The translations under genes were made by a program, and so were the position numbers. From contig NZ_JHXR01000001.1 in assembly GCF_000621645.1 (NCBI RefSeq), forward strand, positions 362,437 to 394,436: a stretch of DNA of 32,000 nucleotides. Direction: 5' to 3'. Source of the stretch: Vibrio cholerae ATCC 14035 (GTDB taxonomy: Bacteria; Pseudomonadota; Gammaproteobacteria; Enterobacterales; Vibrionaceae). The notes under the pieces were generated by a model. It ran no database searches. It was not told the DNA's origin and saw only the letters and a list, made by a program, of their open reading frames with translations. This document shows, piece by piece, positions 24,285 to 31,690 of the stretch; positions within the stretch are counted from its first letter, which is position 1, and each line of letters opens with the position of its first letter.

Positions 24285-26042
24285 ATGAATGCACTTGAAT
24301 TAGAACGCGCACAATATCTTAAACGTCTGATGTCGGATCTTGACCGCTCTGGGCGTGGCCAAAAAGGGGTTATTGTTCAAGCTGCAATGGATCACTTGTG
24401 TATTTCAAAAAGCAAGCTGTATCAAGAGCTAACGGATTTAGGCTGGACATCTGGGCGAAAAACACGAGCGGATAACGGAGACTTGGCTCTCACGAAAGAA
24501 GAGACCGAGCTGCTTTCGAACATGATCCGCCAGAGTAAGCGAGAGAGCGGCAAGGCACTGATGACGGTTCGTGATGCGGTTGATATTGCATTAGCCAATG
24601 GGGAACTCACGAGACACGTGTCTGAATCGACAGTATTACGAGCTTTTAAACGCTTTCGTGTTCATCCTGACCAGCTCGATATGATGGAGACAACCATGAG
24701 TCAGCGCTCGCTTTTTCCCAATCATGCTTGGCAGTTTGACGTGTCGATTTGTGTACTCTACTACCTGCGTGGCGGTAAGGGATTGCAAGTGATGTCTAAG
24801 GATGAGTTTTACAAAAACAAGCCAAAGAACTTAGACCGTATCGTCAATGAGCGAGTATTGCGCTATTTAGCTACAGACCATTACAGCGGCGCTTTCTTTT
24901 TACGCTACTACCTTGCTCCAGGTGAAAACACAGAAACCATTACTCAGTTCCTATTGGAAGCGTTCTGCGAGCGTGATACTGGTGAATTGATGTACGGCGT
25001 TCCTCAGATCTTAATTTGGGACGCAGGGTCTGCAAACATCGCCCACCAAACGCGACACATGTTGGACATGCTGGAAGTGAAACATATCGCTCACACACCA
25101 GGTCGTCCTTGGGCGAAAGGTCAAGTGGAATCGACGCATAACCTCGTAGAGCGCCGTTTTGAGGGGCGACTCGCCTTTATGACAGTGCAGTCTATTGAGG
25201 AACTGAATCGACACGCGGTGCAATGGTCTATTGGTTTTCAGTCTCTTAAAGAGCACAGCCGACATAAGAATAGCCGCTTTGGGCTGTGGCAAACGATACG
25301 GGCTGAGCAGTTGCGGCTGATCAAAGACGTGAATCTGGTGAAAAGCATGATGCAACAAACTAAGCCAGAAGTTCGCAAAGTGCGTCCTAACGAACTAAGC
25401 ATCAGCTTTGCACCAAAAGGCTATGCATCAATGGATTACTCGCTGGCTCACATTCCACACCTTATTGCTGGTGATGAAGTGAAAGTGTTTGCAAATCCAT
25501 ACAAAGCGCCAGCTATTCGTGTGATAAGTGTGGACGACTCAGGACAAGAGCACACTCATGAAGCTACGCCAATCGAGCGCGATGCTGCGGGATTCAACTT
25601 GCTTGCGCCCATCATTGGTGCTGAACACAAATCGGTACGTGAAACAGATGCTGATCACAACCGCAAGCGATTAGACATACAAGCTTGGGGAACGGACAAC
25701 CCACGCGATATTAAGAAGCTCCGCAAAGGAAAAGTAGCAGCATTCGATGGCCGAATTAATCCTATGGCAGACATTGAGCAGCAAGTTGTTCCCTCATTTA
25801 TGCCAAGACGTGGCACCGTAATGATTATGGAGGGACAGCCGTTAACCGAGCAAAAAATGTCGTTTATTGGGGCTTTAAACCGTCTTCAAAGACGTTTGAA
25901 CCCAACCAAAGAGGAACTTGCTGTCATGAGAAAGGTGCTCAAACAGCAATACCCAGATGGCATGACCGACAATGAACTACAAGTCTTTACCGAACAATGG
26001 GAGCAAAAAGGCAATGAACACGCTCAGAGCGCGACTAGATAA
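24285..26042 (+). CDS. Mu-type DDE transposase (A protein, 585 aa)
   Basis: Retroviral-integrase-like catalytic core with candidate DDE residues in HAWQFDVS, ILIWDAGSAN and KGQVESTHN. N-terminal HTH region. Followed by an AAA+ B-like gene. Confidence 0.88.
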   Translation: MNALELERAQYLKRLMSDLDRSGRGQKGVIVQAAMDHLCISKSKLYQELTDLGWTSGRKTRADNGDLALTKEETELLSNMIRQSKRESGKALMTVRDAVDIALANGELTRHVSESTVLRAFKRFRVHPDQLDMMETTMSQRSLFPNHAWQFDVSICVLYYLRGGKGLQVMSKDEFYKNKPKNLDRIVNERVLRYLATDHYSGAFFLRYYLAPGENTETITQFLLEAFCERDTGELMYGVPQILIWDAGSANIAHQTRHMLDMLEVKHIAHTPGRPWAKGQVESTHNLVERRFEGRLAFMTVQSIEELNRHAVQWSIGFQSLKEHSRHKNSRFGLWQTIRAEQLRLIKDVNLVKSMMQQTKPEVRKVRPNELSISFAPKGYASMDYSLAHIPHLIAGDEVKVFANPYKAPAIRVISVDDSGQEHTHEATPIERDAAGFNLLAPIIGAEHKSVRETDADHNRKRLDIQAWGTDNPRDIKKLRKGKVAAFDGRINPMADIEQQVVPSFMPRRGTVMIMEGQPLTEQKMSFIGALNRLQRRLNPTKEELAVMRKVLKQQYPDGMTDNELQVFTEQWEQKGNEHAQSATR

Positions 26043-27123
26043 GGCAGGCACAAGCATACAAGCATTGGCTGACTATTTAGCGATGAACTACAGCACAGTG
26101 CAGAGAGCGGTGAAAATGAACGAACCGCCTAAGAGACGTGCAGAAGAATTTAAAGAAAAAGTCGAAGCGTTTTTTGCTTCGCACGGCCTGGAAGGAGTAA
26201 GCGGTTGGTCAAAGGCGGCAACCAATGACCAACCTGATCCCCAGACTGAAACAAATCGAGAGTTAGAACTGGAGAATCCTATGTTAACACAAGAAGCTAT
26301 GAAGCACTTTAAGCTATTTCGCAACCCTTTTATTAATGACATTCGCGCTGTTCGCGACATCTATATGAATGAAGATAGTCGATATGTTTTAGCTGCGATG
26401 AAAGATGTTGCAAGGAATCAAGGTATTTTGGCTGTTGTGGGAGATTCTGGCGCAGGTAAAAGCGTGCTGCGTCGATTGCTACTAGATGAGCTACATAACG
26501 ATGGCGATATTTCAGTGATCCAACCCAAAATCATCGACAAGACGCGCGCCACCGCAGCAGGTATTTGTGATGCAATCATCAGCGATATCAGTAGTGAAGC
26601 ACCTAAGCGCAGTATGGAAGCTAAAGCAAGACAAGTGGAACGTCTACTTATGACAGCATTCAAAGGAGGACAGCGCCACGTTCTGATCATTGAAGAGGCT
26701 CATGATTTGACGATTCCTGTCATGAAGTACCTTAAGCGCTTTTGGGAACTTGAAGATGGTTTTTCAAAGCTGCTGGGTATTTTATTGGTTGGACAGACAG
26801 AGTTGTTTCACCGCCTCGATGAGCGTCGTCATTACGAACTTCGTGAGTTTATTCGACGTTGTATGGTTATAGAGGTTCCACCACTTGATAACGATATTGA
26901 AGCTTACCTCAAGCATAAGTTTGAACGTGCAGGATGTGAGTATGAGCGCATCATGGATGATAGTGCGGTTCCTGCCTTGAAACTGCGTTTACAAACTCGC
27001 CGCAACCAGTCAGGAAGCTTGGTTTATCCTCAGGTCATCAATAACCTGGTAACCAAAGCTATGAATCTTTGTGCTTCTTTAGGCGAAGACAAAGTAAATG
27101 AAGACATCATTAAGGAGCTGTAG
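26014..27123 (+). CDS. Transposition ATPase, MuB/TniB/ExeA-like AAA+ protein
   Basis: N-terminal HTH (SIQALADYLAMNYSTVQRAV), Walker A VVGDSGAGKSV, Walker B VLIIEEAHDL. The ORF track begins at 25972. I prefer ATG 26014 (shorter overlap with A), but the start is uncertain. Confidence 0.85.
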   Translation: MNTLRARLDKAGTSIQALADYLAMNYSTVQRAVKMNEPPKRRAEEFKEKVEAFFASHGLEGVSGWSKAATNDQPDPQTETNRELELENPMLTQEAMKHFKLFRNPFINDIRAVRDIYMNEDSRYVLAAMKDVARNQGILAVVGDSGAGKSVLRRLLLDELHNDGDISVIQPKIIDKTRATAAGICDAIISDISSEAPKRSMEAKARQVERLLMTAFKGGQRHVLIIEEAHDLTIPVMKYLKRFWELEDGFSKLLGILLVGQTELFHRLDERRHYELREFIRRCMVIEVPPLDNDIEAYLKHKFERAGCEYERIMDDSAVPALKLRLQTRRNQSGSLVYPQVINNLVTKAMNLCASLGEDKVNEDIIKEL

Positions 27124-27125
27124 CC

Positions 27126-27587
27126 ATGAACAATCAGAATGATAATGGCCTTTTGCCCTTTAACGTTGGAGAGTTAGTCAGTGCAGTTCATTTCGATTGC
27201 AATGATTTTGATACGGCTGACTACATCCCCAGTGTCCAGCTCCGCCAAGACTTACACGATAAACTCGGTTGTGCGGTAAGTAACTTGAATAGCATTTTGT
27301 CTATTTACAATCAGTGGAAACAAGGCCAGTTATCTTGTAATTGGTCTGCTGTCAGTGAGTTGACACTCAGAACGCAAGTTGTCAGTGGACAATTCAAAAC
27401 GATTTCACAGATGTGCCGAAATGATCGAAATGGGATGGTTTATAATCCTTTGTTAAATGATGGCATACCAGATCTATCAAAAGGATTAACACCCTTAGAG
27501 TGTTCGGAGTTGAAAGCATTGTTGGATGGATTACACCCAATTGAGCTGTTACAGTTACTAAGACATCAAAAAGGAAGTTTGGTATGA
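27126..27587 (+). CDS. Hypothetical protein, Mu-like semi-essential early region (153 aa)
   Basis: AAGGAG SD. Starts 2 nt after the B stop. No family recognised. Confidence 0.7.
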   Translation: MNNQNDNGLLPFNVGELVSAVHFDCNDFDTADYIPSVQLRQDLHDKLGCAVSNLNSILSIYNQWKQGQLSCNWSAVSELTLRTQVVSGQFKTISQMCRNDRNGMVYNPLLNDGIPDLSKGLTPLECSELKALLDGLHPIELLQLLRHQKGSLV

Positions 27588-27817
27588 ATAATCATCACTT
27601 GAGTGCTGCTGAAAGCCATGAGCTAGCAACACGAGTATCAGCGTTAGGTGCAAAACAGGTTTTGCTTATTCTCCGCCAAATTCAGGATCAGTCGTTGGAT
27701 TCGTCCATGAAAAACAGAGGCCTTATCTATGAACGAGCATTACGAACAAAAACTGAAGCAGGCTCTACGGCAAAAATCGGTCATGCCTTACTTGACCATC
27801 ATACTCGGCCCCACTAA
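27584..27817 (+). CDS. Hypothetical protein (77 aa)
   Basis: ATGA start/stop overlap with the previous gene (translational coupling). Its last ~30 codons overlap the next ORF. Confidence 0.55.
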   Translation: MNNHHLSAAESHELATRVSALGAKQVLLILRQIQDQSLDSSMKNRGLIYERALRTKTEAGSTAKIGHALLDHHTRPH

Positions 27818-27995
27818 AGAGCAATGTCCTGTGCATACAAAGAACAAAGGCCTAGTGTTACCTGTTGATGACCGCTACTGGACAGAGTTTCCAATGCGAG
27901 AGACTTCGGCTTGTCGGTGTAGTATCCGACAGGTATCGAAATATGAATACCAGAAGTTAAAAGCCGAAGGTGTTCTGGAAGTGCCAGTAGATTAA
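27729..27995 (+). CDS. Small protein with a Phage_Mu_F-like C-x2-H...CRC motif (88 aa)
   Basis: AGAGG SD 8 nt upstream. QCPVHTKNKGLVLPVDDRYWTEFPMRETSACRCSIRQVS resembles, from memory, the conserved core of Mu F / SPP1 gp7-type head morphogenesis proteins. Confidence 0.6.
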   Translation: MNEHYEQKLKQALRQKSVMPYLTIILGPTKEQCPVHTKNKGLVLPVDDRYWTEFPMRETSACRCSIRQVSKYEYQKLKAEGVLEVPVD

Positions 27996-28020
27996 ACCGC
28001 CTTCAAACAAGCCAATCTTT

Positions 28021-28055
28021 AAATGCCTTTTCATTAGAAGAGGCATTTCTTTCTG
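28021..28055 (+). terminator. Rho-independent terminator after the early-region ORFs
   Basis: AAATGCCTTTT-CATTAG-AAGAGGCATTT followed by CTTTCT. Confidence 0.6.
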
Positions 28056-28396
28056 AAACGCCCTCAAATCAGTTTCTAGCCGTGATGCGAGTATTCGCTT
28101 GTCTAAAAAAGTTTAAATCAATCTGGTGCGATTTAAACAGGGTTTAAACATGGTTTCTGCACATATCAGTGCTTATATATAACTCCCACAATGCCCAGTC
28201 CCCTTTATTAACAGCAACTCCTGTTAATTTAGTTATTACTGCAACGGGGATTATTCTTGTATTGCTGTTGGGGCATATGGAGATAAGTCGGTTCTCCATT
28301 AAATGGCAATACATTTGCCATCAACTTAGCGTAGCCCTATCTGCAAATTTGGGTAGGGTTACGCTAGGTTCTTCGATGTCTATATAGAGGATAACG

Positions 28397-28771
28397 ATGT
28401 TAGCTATAGAAAGAGCAATCCCATTGGTTGTTGACGCTTTGAGCAAGGATTCGGGGCTTTTTAGCTTTGATGATCTTGAAAGCGGTGATGCTTTATATCC
28501 AGAGCTGCTAAGTGATGTTCATGACATTTTTCTTGGTGTCATTGAAGACGCAGGTATTGAAGATAACGGGTTGGCATTACATCTGGTTTTTAAATTGATG
28601 GAATACGGCAATGGTGTGCAGTTTTACCTACCGAAGCCTGACTCTATTGTAAAAACCATTATCAAGAAAATGATGAAAAATGACTTCAACGGCAGCAACT
28701 ACGTTGAATTAGCTAAGCGTTATCAGTGTTCAACGAATCATGTAAGGAGAGTTATCAATGGCACCCACTGA
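28397..28771 (+). CDS. Mor-family transcriptional activator (124 aa)
   Basis: C-terminal HTH NYVELAKRYQCSTNHVRRVI with the size and acidic N-terminal half typical of Mu Mor. GAGGA SD. Confidence 0.75.
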   Translation: MLAIERAIPLVVDALSKDSGLFSFDDLESGDALYPELLSDVHDIFLGVIEDAGIEDNGLALHLVFKLMEYGNGVQFYLPKPDSIVKTIIKKMMKNDFNGSNYVELAKRYQCSTNHVRRVINGTH

Positions 28772-29078
28772 TAATCAAAGGTCGCTTGTGATTTCAAAAC
28801 TCACTCCTAGCGCTCAAGTGCTCTACCGTGCATTAGATGAAGCCATTAAGCAAAGTGCTGGTAAACCTGATGCTCTAAAGATTGTTATCGAGCTTAGTGA
28901 AAAACTAGGTGGAAGAACTTTTTACTTTTCTCTTGGCACTGTGGCACGAAGAACTCAAAGAAATATTGATCTCTTCGCAGACCACGAATCAGGCATGTCA
29001 GTAAGAGAACTCTCAAAAAAATATAAGTTAAGTTTTGTCTCCGTTTTTAATGTCATTCGCAAATTCAAAACGTCATAA
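28758..29078 (+). CDS. Mor/C-family transcriptional activator, second copy (C-like, 106 aa)
   Basis: GGRTFYFS..RNIDLFADHESGMSVRELSKKYKLSFVSVFNVIRK has the same architecture as the preceding gene. AAGGAGA SD. 14-nt overlap with the Mor-like gene. Confidence 0.7.
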   Translation: MAPTDNQRSLVISKLTPSAQVLYRALDEAIKQSAGKPDALKIVIELSEKLGGRTFYFSLGTVARRTQRNIDLFADHESGMSVRELSKKYKLSFVSVFNVIRKFKTS

Positions 29079-29096
29079 CTAGATAGGAAATTAACC

Positions 29097-29675
29097 ATGT
29101 CATTAAGTACCTTACAAGCAGAATTGGCTTCAGCAAAAACAGAGTATGAAGCTAAAGAGCTAGAGATCAGAAACCTATTTTCTGAAAAAAACACTCAAGA
29201 ACGCCGCCTACAAACACTAGTTGCTCAAGTCGCGGCTAAGCGTAAAGAGTTATCGAATGCTTTATCGCAATCTTCTGCTGAAACTCTAACCAGTGAGCTG
29301 CAATCATTGGAATCTCAGTATCAAGCATGTCAAACCTTGATCAATAACATCTCCAATTATCTAACAGTTAAGGCTGGATTGGATAAAAAGAATGCCTCTG
29401 AACTTGTGGAACGTGCGCAAAAAAATTTACTCAATTTCATCTACAACAGCATCAAATCAGAACTCAAAGTCTTAACTGATGAGCAAGTAGAGTTGATGAA
29501 AGATTTTGTTGTGATCGAAAAACTGATTCGTAGTGAATTGTCAGATAGCGTACGCCAAAGTTATTTCCTAGGATGCGTTTTCGATGAATTATACGGTCAA
29601 TTAAAAGGCTCTGACTTTACTAGCCATAAAGAAAAGATGCTGAAAAAGTACGATGCAGAATCGTCCATTGGATAG
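29097..29675 (+). CDS. Hypothetical coiled-coil protein (192 aa)
   Basis: Long ORF with an AGGAA SD. The N-terminal half is heptad-like (LQAELASAKTEYEAKELEIRNLF..). No family recognised. Confidence 0.65.
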   Translation: MSLSTLQAELASAKTEYEAKELEIRNLFSEKNTQERRLQTLVAQVAAKRKELSNALSQSSAETLTSELQSLESQYQACQTLINNISNYLTVKAGLDKKNASELVERAQKNLLNFIYNSIKSELKVLTDEQVELMKDFVVIEKLIRSELSDSVRQSYFLGCVFDELYGQLKGSDFTSHKEKMLKKYDAESSIG

Positions 29676-29729
29676 TCGTCAGTCGATTTATTATCTCAGT
29701 GGCTCACTGCCACTGAGACTGCGAAAGGA

Positions 29730-30107
29730 ATGAAAATGGAACATGTGTATCAATTAGTCGATGGCATTGTTTTTAAGGGTAAATTACAGAAACAAGTCAC
29801 GCTTCACCCAATTGATAGTGTGTCCTACGACTTAGTTGAACAACTAGTCGAAGAACAACTGCAACATATACAAAATCAAGCAGATGTTGTCTTGGTTAAT
29901 GATAGTCACCTCCAAGGGCTTAAAGGCTATATGCTTTTAAACGAGAGCGCGGCAAGTTCAATATCAAAAATCGGTGATGAGAATGTCGATTTGATGTTCT
30001 TCGACTTATGTCAGCTAAAAATCAGTGCTCAAGACTGGAATGTGATCCTCACTGCAAACCTTGCAATAGCAGAATACTATGCAAATCAGGCAGCGATGCT
30101 TGCCTAA
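29730..30107 (+). CDS. Putative phage tail assembly chaperone-like protein, paralogue 1 (125 aa; start may be ATG 29736)
   Basis: Shares a pattern with the next gene: YQLVDGIVFKGK..VTLHPIDSVSYDL versus FNLEDGFKVGDA..VGLKELTPKDVFD, and ISKIGD..L..LKISAQDW versus VEFIGN..ILKLSSRDF. Confidence 0.6.
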   Translation: MKMEHVYQLVDGIVFKGKLQKQVTLHPIDSVSYDLVEQLVEEQLQHIQNQADVVLVNDSHLQGLKGYMLLNESAASSISKIGDENVDLMFFDLCQLKISAQDWNVILTANLAIAEYYANQAAMLA

Positions 30108-30155
30108 CGAGAGTATTGGCCTGAATGACCTCTAATTTAAATAGGAACATGTGAA

Positions 30156-30515
30156 ATGGCTGTAATGACATTTAACTTAGAAGATGGTTTCAAGGTTGGG
30201 GATGCCCAATGCCATGAGGTTGGACTCAAAGAGCTAACACCTAAGGATGTTTTTGATGCTCAGCTTGCCTCAGAAAAAATTGGAATATTGAATGGTAGAC
30301 CCCATGCCTACACTTCTGATGTTCAAATGGGTATGGAGCTTTTATGTCGTCAAGTGGAGTTTATTGGTAACGTACAAGGTCCATTTAGCGTCAAAGAGAT
30401 TTTGAAATTGTCTTCACGCGACTTTGCCACACTACAACAAAAAGCTCGTGAGCTTGATGACATTATGTTTTCAGATGATGCCTTGGAGGGGCTTGAGGCT
30501 CGGGGGCGAGATTAA
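30156..30515 (+). CDS. Phage tail assembly chaperone (G-like, 119 aa)
   Basis: Lies immediately upstream of the tape measure gene. The N-terminal pattern MTFNLEDGFKVGDAQCHEVGLKELTPKDV is typical of gpE/gpG-type chaperones. An overlapping downstream ORF sits in another frame. Confidence 0.75.
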   Translation: MAVMTFNLEDGFKVGDAQCHEVGLKELTPKDVFDAQLASEKIGILNGRPHAYTSDVQMGMELLCRQVEFIGNVQGPFSVKEILKLSSRDFATLQQKARELDDIMFSDDALEGLEARGRD

Positions 30516-30642
30516 ATCACTTGCAGCTCATTTAGAGCTAATGTTGATAAACGTAGGCTCACGCTATCCTGTAAGTGATTTCAATCATCAACCAATTCGT
30601 AGACTTATCCAACTCATTTTTCGATTAAAAGAGCAGCAGTGA
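30424..30642 (+). CDS. Frameshift extension ORF of the tail assembly chaperone (T-like part; probably translated only as a fusion from about 30502)
   Basis: It has no ATG of its own (TTG in the ORF track), overlaps the 3' end of 30156..30515 in the +1/-2 frame, and ends 7 nt before the tape measure ATG. A G5 run at 30502-30506 sits in the overlap. Confidence 0.6.
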   Translation: MPHYNKKLVSLMTLCFQMMPWRGLRLGGEIKSLAAHLELMLINVGSRYPVSDFNHQPIRRLIQLIFRLKEQQ

Positions 30643-30649
30643 GATCCCC

Positions 30650-31690
30650 ATGGCTAACAATTTAAAAACGGATATTGTTTTAAACCTCCAGGGTGATCTT
30701 GCCCAGAAAGCGCGGTCGTATAGCAAAGAAATGACAACGCTAGCAACACGTTCAAAAGCTGCATTTAGCATGATTAGTTCATCAGCAATAGCGGCTAGCA
30801 GAGGCATTGACACTTTCGGTAATCGACTGCTTTTTATTACTGGTGCTGCTGCGGTTGGTTTTGAACGTACATTCGTAAAAACTGCTGCTGAATTTGAACG
30901 TTACCAAACGATGCTAAATAAGCTTCAAGGCTCACCAGAAGCTGGAGCTAAGGCGATGGCATGGATTGAAGAGTTCACACAAAACACCCCTTACGCTATC
31001 GATGAAGTAACACAGTCATTTGTACGTCTAAAAGCCTTTGGTATTGATCCTATGGATGGGACTATGCAAAGTATCGCCGATCAAGCGGCAATGATTGGCG
31101 GTACAGCAGAAACAGTTGAAGGTATCGCTACAGCGTTAGGTCAAGCGTGGACTAAAGGAAAACTTCAATCAGAAGAGGCTCTCCAACTACTAGAGCGAGG
31201 TGTTCCTGTTTGGGATTACCTAATTAAATCCAGCAAAGAACTGGGAATGAACAATGGCCGTGGATTTACCAAAGAAGAGCTGGATGATATGTCATCTAAG
31301 GGAAAGCTAGGTAGGGATGCAATCAGGGCTTTAATTAAGCAAATGGGTAAAGAATCCGCTGGTGCAGCCAAAGAGCAGATGAATACATGGAATGGTATGA
31401 TCTCTAACATGGGCGATCACTGGAAGCTTTTTCAAAAAGATGTGATGGGAAGCGGAGCATTCACAGTTCTAAAAGACCAATTGGGTGAGTTCTTGGGGAT
31501 GCTTGATGAAATGAAAAAGACTGGCGAATACGACGAGTTTGTCGATAAAGTCGGGCGTGATCTTGTTGAGGCCTTTAAATCAGCCGCTGCTGCTGCAAGA
31601 GAAATTAAAGAGGTCGGTGAGGAACTATGGCCTGTGATTCGAGAGATTGGCTCAATGGCTTGTAGTGGCATAGTGAATTTGGTCACTTAG
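30650..31690 (+). pseudogene. Tail tape measure protein, 5' portion only (interrupted by IS3-family insertion)
   Basis: TP901-type TMP core pattern (..FERYQTMLNKLQGS..AMAWIEEFTQNTPYAIDEVTQSFVRLKAFGIDP..LGQAWTKGKLQSEEALQLLERGVPVWDYL..). At 346 aa it is short for a TMP. The last ~9 codons and the stop lie in the inferred IS end. Confidence 0.8.

Larger units (their letters stand above)
21630..31660 (+). mobile_element. Mu-like transposable prophage remnant (early region, Mor/C and part of the tail module)
   Basis: Mu-type order: leftward c-like repressor, then rightward ner-like gene, DDE transposase A, AAA+ B, Mor-like, C-like, tail assembly chaperones and tape measure. No lysis, terminase, portal or capsid genes are present. 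The left boundary is approximate; the right side is cut by an IS. Confidence 0.75.

Noticed and set aside
25972-26013. Upstream start (ATG 25972) for the B-like ATPase, as given in the ORF track
   Set aside because: It would give a 71-nt overlap with the transposase gene and has no SD. ATG 26014 is preferred but unproven.
28169-28387. 72-aa GTG-start ORF with one hydrophobic segment (possible small membrane, holin or Kil-like protein)
   Set aside because: It has no SD and a non-ATG start, and it runs through several hairpins. The coding evidence is too weak, although a small membrane peptide cannot be excluded.
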